In this document: piece by piece, positions 1-9,576 of the stretch | How the letters are laid out: every line of letters starts with the position of its first letter | Position numbering within the stretch: the first letter of the stretch is position 1 | From: Oligoflexia bacterium | GTDB taxonomy: Bacteria; Bdellovibrionota; Bdellovibrionia; JABDDW01 | Direction of reading: 5' to 3' | Assembly (NCBI GenBank): GCA_043732305.1 | Contig: JAYTHU010000113.1 | Span: 1 to 31,660 of the forward strand | DNA length: 31,660 bases | The notes under the pieces: model-generated | Databases searched by the model: none | What the model was told of the DNA's origin: nothing | The model's input: only the letters and a program-made list of their open reading frames with translations | Translations under genes and position numbers: made by a program

Positions 1-1
1 T

Positions 2-2179
2 GCAATTCTAAGCGTTGCAATCTCTCTTCAGGCTCGTGCTCAGGTGCCATCAGTTTCAGCTCTGATGACTCCAAAACGATTGGTCGTCGATCAATATAAA
101 ACTGTGAAGGTCACTGATAGTTATCGCTGGTTAGAAGATTCAGAAAATGGCGAAGTAAAAGATTGGACGATTGCTCAGAATAAACGCACACGAGAATATC
201 TGGATAGTCGAAAAGTTCTCGCCCCCATTAAAGCGCAGTTGGAAAAATGGAATAGATTTAATTCACCTCGGTATTGGAATTTAAGTTTCAAAAAAGGAAC
301 TTATTTCGCTCTCAAGCTCAGCCCTCCGAAAAATCAAGCGATGCTGGTGAGTTTTACCTCGCTGGGATCCACGGGCGCGAGTCCTTTAAATGAAAAAATA
401 ATTCTAGATCCCAATGAGCTTAATAAAAAAGGTACCACCGCGATTGATTTTTATTCTGCATCGATTGACGGGAGTTTAGTTGCCATTTCACTTTCTGAGG
501 GTGGAAGTGAAATCGGCATCCTGCATTTTTATGATGTGAAAACGGGTAAGGCCTTGCCAGAGCAAATTGCGAACATTGCATTTCCTACCGGTGGTGGCAG
601 TGCGACCTGGAACAAAGAGGGCTCGGGAATTTACTACACTCGGTATCCTGCTTCAAACGAGGGTTCAATCGAAGACTCCTGGTTTTATCAGCAAATTTAT
701 TACCATAAAATTGGAACTCCGGTGACTTCGGATGTTTATAGTATCGGAAAAAATTTTCCTCGAATTGCCGAAACAGCGCTTTCTACCTCTAATGATGGCA
801 AATACATTTTAGCGACAGTTGCCAATGGAGACGGCGGTGAGTTTGCTCACTATTTTTTAGATACTTCCACCGAAGGTCCGAACTGGTTTCAGATCACTCG
901 ATTTGAAGACAAAATCACTGAGGCGGCTTTTGGTTTTTCAGAACCTTCAGCTATGGATATATTTTTGTTATCGAAGAAAAATGCACCGCGCGGAAAAATT
1001 TTAAAACTTTCTCTTAGTCATCCTGATCTTCGCTTAGCTAAAACGATTGTCGGTCAGGGACCAGGAATATTAAGTAGTTTTGTTCCAACAGCGACTAAAC
1101 TTTTTGTGAACTTTCAAGAAGGCGGCCCTTCAAATGTTTATGTTTATGATATTGGCGGAAAAAGACTTGGCCTAATTCAAGCGCCAATCATTTCATCTTC
1201 TAGCGATATAACTCCTACGACTGGCGATATTGTCAATTTCGCGAATGAGAGTTTCACCCAACCTGAGGCCTGGTATTCTTTTGACGGGGGCGCCAAAACT
1301 TGGATTCCAACAAAAACTAGTTTGGAAATGAAAAGCCCTATTGATCTTTCAGGTATGGAAGTCAAAAGAGAATTTGCGAAGTCAAAGGACGGTACTAAAA
1401 TCCCGCTCACGATTATTTTTAAAAAAGGTCTTAAAAAAGATGGGCAAAATCCAACTTTGCTCACGGCCTATGGAGGGTATGGAATTAATATTGCTCCGCG
1501 ATTTTTGGCCGATAATTATCTCTGGTTAGAGCATGGTGGAGTTTACGCCGTGGCTAATCTACGTGGGGGCGGAGAGTTCGGTGAATCTTGGCATTTGTCA
1601 GGAAATTTAACTAAAAAACAAAATGTGTTTAATGATTTTATAGCGTGTGCGGAGTATCTTATCAACCAGGATTACACCAGCGCAAAAAAATTAGCTATTC
1701 ATGGTCGAAGCAACGGCGGACTATTGATGGGTGCAGTTTTGACACAAAAGCCCGAACTTTTTGGTGCTGTGATTTCCGGAGTGGGACTTTACGATATGCT
1801 TCGAGTGGAGAATGACCCGAACGGTTCCTTCAACGTCACAGAATTTGGAACAGTCAAAAATCCTGAGCAGTTTAAGGCGCTCTATGCCTACTCGCCATAT
1901 CACCATGTCCAGGATGGAGTTAACTACCCCGCTGTTTTGCTCTACACGGGAGCTAATGATGGGCGTGTGGCCCCGTACCATTCTAAAAAAATGACAGCTC
2001 GACTTCAAGCTGCAACATCTTCAAATAGAGAAAATGCAAATCCTGTGTTTTTAAGAGTCACCTTTGATGGCGGACATGGGATGGGAAGAAGTGTTTCTCA
2101 AAAAGTTAGTGAAGAGGCGGATATTTATGCTTTTTTATTCGCACAGTTAGGAATGGATTTCGGACCCTCGATTCAATAA
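2..2179 (+). CDS. Prolyl oligopeptidase (peptidase S9A), probably secreted; 5' partial
   Basis: Motifs DSYRWLED, AYGGYG, NLRGGGEFG, catalytic GRSNGG (Ser), NDGRV (Asp), GGHG (His). The frame is open from base 2 (AILSVAISLQARA-QVP, resembling a signal peptide end), so the true start lies upstream of the window. Confidence 0.95.
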   Translation, partial: AILSVAISLQARAQVPSVSALMTPKRLVVDQYKTVKVTDSYRWLEDSENGEVKDWTIAQNKRTREYLDSRKVLAPIKAQLEKWNRFNSPRYWNLSFKKGTYFALKLSPPKNQAMLVSFTSLGSTGASPLNEKIILDPNELNKKGTTAIDFYSASIDGSLVAISLSEGGSEIGILHFYDVKTGKALPEQIANIAFPTGGGSATWNKEGSGIYYTRYPASNEGSIEDSWFYQQIYYHKIGTPVTSDVYSIGKNFPRIAETALSTSNDGKYILATVANGDGGEFAHYFLDTSTEGPNWFQITRFEDKITEAAFGFSEPSAMDIFLLSKKNAPRGKILKLSLSHPDLRLAKTIVGQGPGILSSFVPTATKLFVNFQEGGPSNVYVYDIGGKRLGLIQAPIISSSSDITPTTGDIVNFANESFTQPEAWYSFDGGAKTWIPTKTSLEMKSPIDLSGMEVKREFAKSKDGTKIPLTIIFKKGLKKDGQNPTLLTAYGGYGINIAPRFLADNYLWLEHGGVYAVANLRGGGEFGESWHLSGNLTKKQNVFNDFIACAEYLINQDYTSAKKLAIHGRSNGGLLMGAVLTQKPELFGAVISGVGLYDMLRVENDPNGSFNVTEFGTVKNPEQFKALYAYSPYHHVQDGVNYPAVLLYTGANDGRVAPYHSKKMTARLQAATSSNRENANPVFLRVTFDGGHGMGRSVSQKVSEEADIYAFLFAQLGMDFGPSIQ

Positions 2180-2181
2180 AA

Positions 2182-3354
2182 CTAGATGAGATCCACTAAG
2201 TTTTTGAAAAAGGTATTTAGGCTTTCAAGCGAGTGAAGGCTTGAGAATTTTTCTAAATTTTTCGCAGAGTTTTTCTCTCGCGATAAAAGAAGTTTGATTC
2301 CTTGAACCGCTTTAATCGGGTTTTGTTCAGGCACAGATGTGCCTAATTTAAATTTTCCCACGCGTTCGGCCATACAAAATCCCTTCGCGACTAAGATCGG
2401 AATTTTAAAAAAAGCAGCTTTAGTGAGAGCATTGCTGCTGTGATAAAACTTCTCATAAACTGCAAAGATGACATCGCAGATTGAAAACAGTCGATTGAAC
2501 TCTTCTTCATTAGCCACTCGATCCAAATGCATAAATACATTGGAGGGAGTTGACGCGATCGCGGATTTCAGCAGGTTTAATTCGTGGGGTCGGTTGTTTC
2601 GATGATTGAGTGGGCCTATCAGAATGAAAAACCATGGCAGCGACTTTTTTTCTGCAAGTTCCGCAGTCGCTAAAAAATTCAAAATTCCTTTGCGTTTGGA
2701 CATCTCTCCAAACAACCCAATAATTTTTCTACCGTTTGCTTTTCTAATTATTTTTTCTTCTAGCTCTCCAGTGCTTTCGGCTTTTTCTAGAAAAGAGACG
2801 TCAGGCATAACGAGGATATGTTTTGTGGGCATGATGCTTTGAAGTCGCGGCACGACTCCTTCATCTAGAACAGAAATGCCAACACAATTTTCGGCATCAA
2901 AAAATCTGTCTTTTCTAGTAAGACGTTTGTGCCAGAACTTAAAAATGCCTTTTCGTAAGTATTTTGGTGTGAGGTAAAGTCCTGTCCATTTGAATGGGAA
3001 AATTTCATCGACCATCAGTCCTGTCAGACGTTGCGAGACAATATTGACTTCAATGCCTGGAAGGAAAACAAGATCAGGAGTGAACTCTCGAAGCGAGTTT
3101 CGCACATCTCTCCACCATGTGGTTGCCATACATAAAGCGCCAGGTTCCAAGGCCTTGCTTGAAACGAAGATTCGCAAAGACAGGCGATTTTTGAAGTCCA
3201 GGCTTTTTGAATCGATCCATTCGCTGATTTCTTGAGGTTTCGGACTGATCGAAATGACTTGATGTCCTTGCAAAAGCAGTGAGTTTAAAATCATCTTATG
3301 ATAGCTGGGAATGTGTCCCATCCAAGCTGTATCAACAACAGCAATAATTTTCAC
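2182..3354 (-). CDS. GT-B fold glycosyltransferase (family 4-like)
   Basis: N-terminal GH motif; C-terminal FGEMSKRKG...CDVIFAVY...SSNALTKAAFFKIPILV pattern of GT4-like enzymes. GTG start overlaps the upstream stop (GTGA). Confidence 0.75.
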   Translation of the reverse strand: MKIIAVVDTAWMGHIPSYHKMILNSLLLQGHQVISISPKPQEISEWIDSKSLDFKNRLSLRIFVSSKALEPGALCMATTWWRDVRNSLREFTPDLVFLPGIEVNIVSQRLTGLMVDEIFPFKWTGLYLTPKYLRKGIFKFWHKRLTRKDRFFDAENCVGISVLDEGVVPRLQSIMPTKHILVMPDVSFLEKAESTGELEEKIIRKANGRKIIGLFGEMSKRKGILNFLATAELAEKKSLPWFFILIGPLNHRNNRPHELNLLKSAIASTPSNVFMHLDRVANEEEFNRLFSICDVIFAVYEKFYHSSNALTKAAFFKIPILVAKGFCMAERVGKFKLGTSVPEQNPIKAVQGIKLLLSREKNSAKNLEKFSSLHSLESLNTFFKNLVDLI

Positions 3355-4016
3355 GCGGCAGCAGCTTCACTAAGAATTTGGCTAAAATATTTCCTAAATA
3401 CCGAGCCTTCAGGCATGAATTTTTCTACCGTGATCCCGGCCTTCTTGCTCGAGAGAGTCATACTTTTTTTCCAAATATCTTCGAAAAGACTTTCCGTAGA
3501 GCCCACGGCTAGTGAGGGGAAGGCGCCATCCTCGACTTCGCCGAAAGCGACTATCAACATTTGGGAAAAAAGTTCTTTCATGGCTCGGTTATAAATTGTT
3601 TCGTTTTCCTTACCACGCAAATCTGTTCCGGCTTTGATTTCTTTGGTGGATAGTGGCGAGTTAATTTCGAGGGTTTCATAAATCTGGAGTGATTCAGAGG
3701 TTGACAGGTGTCGCTTTGGATTTGCATCTGTCATAAGCTTTAGGCCGGCCGTGAAGAGTTCTTTAGAAAAAAAAGTTGCACGATTTCTAAACCATTTTGT
3801 ATAAACAACGTCTCCGCAGTCAGAAAGGCGTTTCATCAAATGCCACATGTTGGCCACGCTGTCATCGGAATCTTCATTCCATTCCCAAGCCATCTTTTTA
3901 CCAGGAAAAAATTCGGACCATAACGATTCTGGTTCTGATTTATTCAAAATAGGGAAAACGAGGAGTATTCCCTTCTTGTTTATAATTTTAATGGCGTTAG
4001 CAGAATTTAATTTCAT
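3351..4016 (-). CDS. Conserved hypothetical protein, AlkZ-related winged-helix type
   Basis: SLW...W...VVYTKWFRNRATFFS and IYETLEINSPLSTKEIK winged-helix-like segment. ATG at 4016 is preferred over the longer start in the ORF track. Confidence 0.5.
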   Translation of the reverse strand: MKLNSANAIKIINKKGILLVFPILNKSEPESLWSEFFPGKKMAWEWNEDSDDSVANMWHLMKRLSDCGDVVYTKWFRNRATFFSKELFTAGLKLMTDANPKRHLSTSESLQIYETLEINSPLSTKEIKAGTDLRGKENETIYNRAMKELFSQMLIVAFGEVEDGAFPSLAVGSTESLFEDIWKKSMTLSSKKAGITVEKFMPEGSVFRKYFSQILSEAAAA

Positions 4017-4252
4017 AGGAGGCAAGATATATCTCAGGATGCAAATGTATAAAAGCGCTAAGTTTGGACTCAAAATGGGTACGATTTTGGAAAAATCTAC
4101 TGACTTAGATGGTTTATTAACAAACTTTATTGGCGATCTGCCTACTAAACCTTCAATCTAAAGCATTGAAGGTGCTATTTTACAGATTGATTAAATAGGT
4201 CGAATTTATTAAGGTGATGGTCCCCAAAACAAAAACTAAAGGATCTAAAATA

Positions 4253-4555
4253 ATGTTGAACTATGAACCTGAATTAGCCGAAATGCTTGGTCACTACATC
4301 AAAGAACGCCGCCAGAAACAAAAAATCAATCAGTATGAAGTAGCCAAAGGCGTGAATTGTTCCGCTCAGTTTTATGGACGTATTGAAAAAGGAACCGTTC
4401 TTCCTCCTCGTGCTACCCTTGTCTCTCTTATTACACTACTTGAACTTGATCAAATGGTTGTGAACCGTATTTTTAAATCCGCTTGTGTCAGCTATGTCGG
4501 CAAGGTTTATGAATCATCTTCTAAATCCAAATCTAGATCAAAGAAACGAGCATAG
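4253..4555 (+). CDS. XRE-family helix-turn-helix transcriptional regulator
   Basis: IKERRQKQKINQYEVAKGVNCSAQFYGRIEKG HTH_3 pattern; AAAGGA SD upstream of ATG 4253; basic Ser/Lys tail. Confidence 0.85.
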   Translation: MLNYEPELAEMLGHYIKERRQKQKINQYEVAKGVNCSAQFYGRIEKGTVLPPRATLVSLITLLELDQMVVNRIFKSACVSYVGKVYESSSKSKSRSKKRA

Positions 4556-4598
4556 TTTTTCACGCTAAGGATTAATTCTTGACAAGAACAATGACTAA

Positions 4599-4706
4599 AT
4601 GAAAATTCTCTTTGTTTGTCTTGGTAATATTTGTCGCTCTCCAACGGCTGAAGCGGTTTATCGAAAACGTTTTACTTCGGAGAGTTTTACTTTTGATTCT
4701 GCTTAA
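4599..4706 (+). pseudogene. Truncated low-molecular-weight protein-tyrosine phosphatase (35 codons)
   Basis: Manual translation gives [35 protein letters not shown], with the exact LMW-PTP P-loop CLGNICRS. It stops where DSAG(T) normally continues, and no continuation was recognised downstream. Confidence 0.85.
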
Positions 4707-5128
4707 GTTCCTGATTGAAAGCTCTTTTGTCAAAGTAGAAAATATACTGCGCCAGCAACCTACTCATTTCTCTGTTTCATGACGCAGTTCGTACTGGAAA
4801 TTCCATAAACGGAACGTCATCAAAGCACAGCATTAAAATCAATTTAGATTATTTGGAATAACTTAAGCCGCATGATTGATGAGGTCATTATTCTCTCGGT
4901 TTTCAAAGGAATTTCCCTTTGATTTTAAACTAGTTCTATTAACAACACTTTTTTCAGACCCAGTTTTTGCGACAAACATGCCTGTGGCTGACAAACTATG
5001 AAGCAGAGGGGAATCACTCACGAATTTTTTCGAATGGCAGCGGTCTTAGATAAAGCCAAACAAACGCAAAAGTACTTGGTTTCAGAGTTTAAAAAAAAAT
5101 CTAAGTCAGTCCTCTATGATTTAGTTTG

Positions 5129-5159
5129 AAGGGTAATCCTAAAAGGATTACCCTTTTTT
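5129..5159 (+). terminator. Perfect 12-bp hairpin with T-tract directly before the methyltransferase ATG
   Basis: AAGGGTAATCCT-AAA-AGGATTACCCTT then TTTT, followed by ATG at 5160. Confidence 0.65.
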
Positions 5160-6344
5160 ATGGCCATTTTAAAAGTTAAATTATTGCGGAATTTACGTCG
5201 TTCGGTTCTAAGGGGACATCCTTGGCTTTACAAAGAAGCACTGATTCCTACTGCAAAAGTAGAGCGCGCATCTCTTTGCCAGCTTTCAGATGCTAAAGGT
5301 GACTTAGCTTGGGGCATTTATGATCCGCATGGGGTTCTTGCGCTACGAGTTTTGAGTTTGGAAAAAAATCCTCCGGGTCGTGGTTATTTTGAAACTAAAT
5401 TCAACGAAGCTTTTGAATTGCGTTCGAACGTTCGTTCAACTGAAACCGATGGGTACCGTCTTTTCAATGGCGAAGGTGACTGGTTACCAGGACTCGTGTG
5501 CGATATTTATGGTGAGACCGCCGTAGTTCAGTTTGATGGCCAGGGTCCAAGTGAATTTTGGGATCGCGCACTTATCAGTTCGTGGCTTTTATCTCGAGCC
5601 GGTGTGACTTGTGTTGTAGAAAAAAAACGACGCGGTCATGACAAAACTGATCAAGTGGGTATTGAGGTTTTGACTCAGTCGCCCGATAGCGGCGCATTCA
5701 AAAGCGAAGTTATGATTAATGAAAATTCTGCATTATTTAAAGTAAATATTGAAAAAGGCCAGAAGACAGGATTTTTTCTCGATCAGAGGGACAATCGAGA
5801 ATTTGTTCGAGAGGTTTCATCGGGAAAAAGCGTCCTGAATCTTTTCAGTTACACTGGTGGGTTTTCTGTAAATGCTGGACTCGGCGGCGCGAAAAAAGTT
5901 GCGAGCGTCGATATGTCTCAGGGAGCTATCGACCTTTCAGAAATCAATTGGAGCTTAAATAAACTCGATGCTGGAAAACATCAAGGTGTTTGCGCGGATG
6001 TTTTTAAATATCTCGAGCAGGCGAGAGATCCCTGGGACCACGTTATTGTTGATCCACCGTCTATGAGTCATTCGGAAGCTACACGCGAAGTGGCCATCGC
6101 AAAATACATTGCGGTTTTTTCTGCAGCCGCTAAACGGGTAGGGCCACGCGGAAGTCTGAGCTTAAGCTCTTGTTCGAGTCATGTTTCCTACGACGATTTT
6201 TTTGAAATAATAAATGAAACAATGTCTAACGTGAGAAGACGTGGGCAAATCCTAAAAGTTTCTGGCCAAGGGTCTGACCATCCATTTCCACATGCTTGCC
6301 ATGAACTTCGTTATTTGAAGTTCGTTCATTTAGCTCTGGATTAA
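5160..6344 (+). CDS. rlmI: RlmI-family class I SAM-dependent rRNA methyltransferase (23S m5C1962 type)
   Basis: PUA-like GHPW, RLFNGEGDWLPGL, GQKTGFFLDQRDNR, LNLFSYTGGF, VDPP, LSSCS, DHP, YLK motifs. Confidence 0.85.
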   Translation: MAILKVKLLRNLRRSVLRGHPWLYKEALIPTAKVERASLCQLSDAKGDLAWGIYDPHGVLALRVLSLEKNPPGRGYFETKFNEAFELRSNVRSTETDGYRLFNGEGDWLPGLVCDIYGETAVVQFDGQGPSEFWDRALISSWLLSRAGVTCVVEKKRRGHDKTDQVGIEVLTQSPDSGAFKSEVMINENSALFKVNIEKGQKTGFFLDQRDNREFVREVSSGKSVLNLFSYTGGFSVNAGLGGAKKVASVDMSQGAIDLSEINWSLNKLDAGKHQGVCADVFKYLEQARDPWDHVIVDPPSMSHSEATREVAIAKYIAVFSAAAKRVGPRGSLSLSSCSSHVSYDDFFEIINETMSNVRRRGQILKVSGQGSDHPFPHACHELRYLKFVHLALD

Positions 6345-6357
6345 TTTTTCGGAAAAG

Positions 6358-6867
6358 TTATTTGATTGCTCCGGTGCATTCATCACCAAGGTGCTCAGAG
6401 TTTTTCTTCAAGCAGGCAACGTTTGCGGGAATGTCGCCTTTTTTAACGCCCCAGCAAAAACTGTTGATCTCAGATTCGCATGCGGCATATAAGCCGTCCC
6501 ATTTGGGTGGGACGGCAGCGTGCTTGAGAGGTTCCGAGGTTGTGCGCGTTTGTTCCTTAGAAATAGCTTTCGGAGCTTCGACAATCACAGTTGTGGAGTT
6601 TTTCATAACTTCTTCAGCTGAAGGGTCCGCAACCACCGGTTCTTTGACTACCGGTGAAGGAGCAGTCTTTCCAGCAAGGCTGGCTTTACACGCTGGTGTG
6701 ACTTTTTCTTTATGACTATTTAAGCAGGTACCTATTCTTCCTGCGCCACTTGCAACGTTAGAGCAGAATTTTACGACATCGGACCTGCATTTGGAGAGAT
6801 CTTTTACCGCAAAGCTCATGCTTGAAATTGATGTGATTGCGACAAGAATAAGTGCGGTTTTTAACAT
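6358..6867 (-). CDS. Secreted cysteine-rich repeat protein
   Basis: Signal peptide; two C-x3-(V/I)-x2-FC-x2-V...CL-x-x-(H/N)...C units separated by a Pro/Thr-rich linker; GGGGG SD. Confidence 0.75.
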   Translation of the reverse strand: MLKTALILVAITSISSMSFAVKDLSKCRSDVVKFCSNVASGAGRIGTCLNSHKEKVTPACKASLAGKTAPSPVVKEPVVADPSAEEVMKNSTTVIVEAPKAISKEQTRTTSEPLKHAAVPPKWDGLYAACESEINSFCWGVKKGDIPANVACLKKNSEHLGDECTGAIK

Positions 6868-7056
6868 TATTGCCCCCTAGGCTGTAAAATCATGAAGTTG
6901 TATTTAGTTTAACGGCATACTAATCGTAGTCAATGATGTTGGTATAAGTTGTGTTAGGTTTAGATTTTTCGCTTTTGAAGGTGGGAAACAATGGATGGGG
7001 TGGCACCTTAGTATACGAACCACTGGCGGTTGCAACTGGGAAAACTGCAGAAAACA

Positions 7057-7096
7057 ACTGCGGGCAGGTGGACTTGGTGAAGCTGGCTCGGAACCA
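7057..7096 (+). repeat. 40-bp conserved motif, copy 1
   Basis: ACTGCGGGCAGGTGGACTTGGTGAAGCTGGCTCGGAACCA; 37/40 identical to 10617-10656. Confidence 0.9.
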
Positions 7097-7135
7097 AAGT
7101 GGTATCTTAGATCAACACGTCCTTTCGTTGAGTAA

Positions 7136-7156
7136 TTCATTGAAATATTCAATGAA
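7136..7156. promoter_or_regulatory. Palindromic operator upstream of decayed TA copy
   Basis: TTCATTGAA-ATA-TTCAATGAA perfect inverted repeat; homologous to 10688-10716. Confidence 0.7.
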
Positions 7157-7185
7157 CGGTGGTTCCGTTTTTAACGGAATGAGGT

Positions 7186-7412
7186 TTGAGTAAACATCAA
7201 CACATTCTATTAAGTCTAGATGAGGGTGATTTCTTTGTGACTCTCCATGCACATAAGAGAATGGCTCAAAAAAATATAACTCACTCTGATATTCAATCAT
7301 GTGGCCGAACAAGAACAATTAGCGAAACCACGAGAAGTAAATTTGAGATCACAGGAAACGATTGTGATAGCGAAGATATAACTTTGATTTGCGTTGATGG
7401 TAATGGAGTTTT
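7186..7412 (+). pseudogene. DUF4258-type toxin, 3'-deleted paralog of 10748-10993
   Basis: KHQHILLSLDEGDFFVTLHAHKRMAQKNITHSDIQSCGRT aligns with the intact copy; the last codons and stop are lost in a deletion. Confidence 0.85.
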
Positions 7413-7780
7413 GATTATATTCATTTCACTAACGTTCCAATGAAAGATTCCAAGCATGGACCTGTCATTGATCTTAGCCTAGAAGTCTTGGATCGTCTGG
7501 CCGCAATGGCCGTGATTATTGAGCGGATTCCACTTAGGGGACTTGAAGTGAAATTTTAAAGAAAAGCTTCGGGGTTTTCTCTTGAGAAATTTGCAAATAA
7601 AATTGGTTTGACGCCCGGCACCGTTTTTTCATTGGGAAAAAGCCCTAAACAACGTCTCACTCTTGTGAATGAGGCCGCAGTGAGATCCTTGCTTGCAGAA
7701 GAACAATGAATCGATATTTCAGGCAAATTTTCTCAGCTGCTGGGAAACCAACCTCGTGATATCAATGTCAAAGCGAGCTG
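7413..7780 (+). pseudogene. XRE/HTH antitoxin pseudogene, paralog of 11006-11416
   Basis: DYIHFTNVPMKDSKHGPVIDL...IPLRGLEVKF then TAA (7557-7559); frameshift in the T-run near 7624-7629; TGA at 7707-7709; ends DINVKAS. Start and SD are deleted. Confidence 0.9.
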
Positions 7781-7795
7781 CGTAAATTACACCTT

Positions 7796-8236
7796 GGGAT
7801 CAACCTTGAAAGAAAGAAGAAGCTAGGCAAGAAAATAAAAGAATACGGGAGGATCCTGAAAGATGATCAGGATTGGGCCTATATTCTCCGATTGCTGAAA
7901 TATAAGCTTGAGCGGACACGTAAATGTATTGTTGCAAATGGAATAATTTCCGATGCGGCGAAGGTTGCAAATCAAATTCATGCTGTAGAGGTTCTACTTT
8001 CTCGAGTGGCAAATGAGCGGTATTACGAGGAAATTTCTAAGGACTTTAGAAAAAAGTATGGACGTCTTCGGATCATTACTGGAAGGAAAAAGCGGGGATC
8101 TTCAGCAGTTTCTATTCACTTTAAGTATCAGCATGAAACCAGGTAAAATTCTAAAAAAATCCACGTTGAAAGCATGTGCCTTCATCGAAAGGCTAGAAGA
8201 ATGCAATGCAACGATATTCGAAAAATGGAAAAATAA
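7796..8236 (+). pseudogene. Decayed hypothetical gene resembling phage-type 'D-x-DW...LKYKLER' proteins
   Basis: Frame reads GINLERKKKLGKKIKEYGRILKDDQDWAYILRLLKYKLERTRKCI...HETR*NSKKIHVES...MEK*. No start codon with SD; in-frame stop at 8144-8146. Confidence 0.45.
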
Positions 8237-8275
8237 TCTAAATTTGATCTTGCTTCAAATGGAGTGGTTTAGATT

Positions 8276-8303
8276 GAGCCCCTGCGGCCAGACGCAGGGG
8301 CTC
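8276..8303. terminator. GC-rich perfect hairpin (11-bp stem), possible terminator between convergent genes
   Basis: GAGCCCCTGCG-GCCAGA-CGCAGGGGCTC, followed shortly by TTTTT on the + strand. Confidence 0.55.
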
Positions 8304-8370
8304 CCCAGTTTTTCATTTGCCTTTGGCGAATATGTGTAGTGCTTCGCGCAGCGGCTCTACTGTTGCGGAT

Positions 8371-9576
8371 TTATTCAATTAACCTGTAAGTCAACCACTG
8401 CATTTGGAGCTTACCCAAGTCAATATCATATTTAATATAGAGAGTACCAGTTACTAAAAGATTACCGCCTCTATCTTCCGCCATAGACTCAAGAATAAGT
8501 GGACGTTGCCCTTTCGCGTAAGAGCTATAATTAAGGTGCCAGCTTTCTCCATGATCTATGCTGTAGTAGATTTCGCTCCAAGCCGTACGATCCATATTTT
8601 TCGACTTAGAACCATACAAATTTACAAGGGCGTAAACTTTGCCTTCTTTGCTTTGAAAAAAGTTTCGAACCACGAAACCAGGATTCGGAATCTCTTTAGG
8701 AGTTTGTAAAATAAAATTCGTCGAGTCAAAAGTTTTTAATGTCTTCCCGTTATCGTGACTTACCTGCAGCTTCCCTTCATAACCGAGATAAAGTGTGTCC
8801 TGCCGATCTAGAAAAAGCGATAATCCTATTGCATCAATCTCCCTATTGGCACTTGTGTAAAGGGTTTCCCACTGATTTTGATCCTTCGTCGGAGCAAAAA
8901 AAAGATTCCCACGATTATCAGTGCTAATGAGTTCACCTTTTGAATTTACAACCATTTGCGTACCTGAATAGTCGTTTTCTGAAACGGTCCAGCGATTAAG
9001 TAGAAGATGCCAGCTCGTTCCATTATCTAATGACTCCAAAACATCATAGTTATAGGCCTTTTCGGAGGAATGAAGAGGGTAAATGCAAAGACCATACAAG
9101 AGAAGACGATTTGCTTGGGGGATCAAAGTATGAAATCGTTCGTCGCCGCAGGTCTTTTTGAATGGGACCGTTATCTCGGTCCAAGTTCTCCCGTCGTCAC
9201 CACTTCGAAATAAAACCGTATTTCTGCTATAACGGCCGCGATCGCCGGTTAAAAAAATTGTACCGTCTTCAGTCAGAACCGGCAATAGGAAGGTATCTCC
9301 AAACTTTCCTATATAGGTAGTTGTCCAAGTTTCACCTTGGTCAACACTTCGACGTACAATCGGTAAATAAGGGCTTTTGATGAAACCAAACCCATCACTA
9401 CCAATCGATAGAAATGCGCCTGATTTGGTCGTGATTAATCCGTGTCCGATAGTTCCACCCATAGGTGCGTCGGTATTGCCTTCATGAACATAATGATCAA
9501 GAGGTTCAAGTGTTTTCGCCGAAACAGGATTTAACGTGAGGAAAATCGATACAAAAACTAAAATGGACATTGACAT
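8371..9576 (-). CDS. Secreted BNR/Asp-box repeat beta-propeller (sialidase-like fold)
   Basis: Signal peptide; five Asp-box-like repeats SVDQGETW, SGDDGRTW, SLDNGTSW, SHDNGKTL, SIDHGESW; GAGGT SD. Confidence 0.85.
   Translation of the reverse strand: MSMSILVFVSIFLTLNPVSAKTLEPLDHYVHEGNTDAPMGGTIGHGLITTKSGAFLSIGSDGFGFIKSPYLPIVRRSVDQGETWTTTYIGKFGDTFLLPVLTEDGTIFLTGDRGRYSRNTVLFRSGDDGRTWTEITVPFKKTCGDERFHTLIPQANRLLLYGLCIYPLHSSEKAYNYDVLESLDNGTSWHLLLNRWTVSENDYSGTQMVVNSKGELISTDNRGNLFFAPTKDQNQWETLYTSANREIDAIGLSLFLDRQDTLYLGYEGKLQVSHDNGKTLKTFDSTNFILQTPKEIPNPGFVVRNFFQSKEGKVYALVNLYGSKSKNMDRTAWSEIYYSIDHGESWHLNYSSYAKGQRPLILESMAEDRGGNLLVTGTLYIKYDIDLGKLQMQWLTYRLIE

Noticed and set aside
7001..7016. TGGCAC considered as a sigma54 -24 box
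   Set aside because: No GC at the -12 position (GG-N10-TA).
6904..7318. Short ORFs 6904-7152(-), 6951-7193(+), 7112-7318(-)
   Set aside because: No SD or motifs; they run across the repeat, operator and toxin pseudogene.
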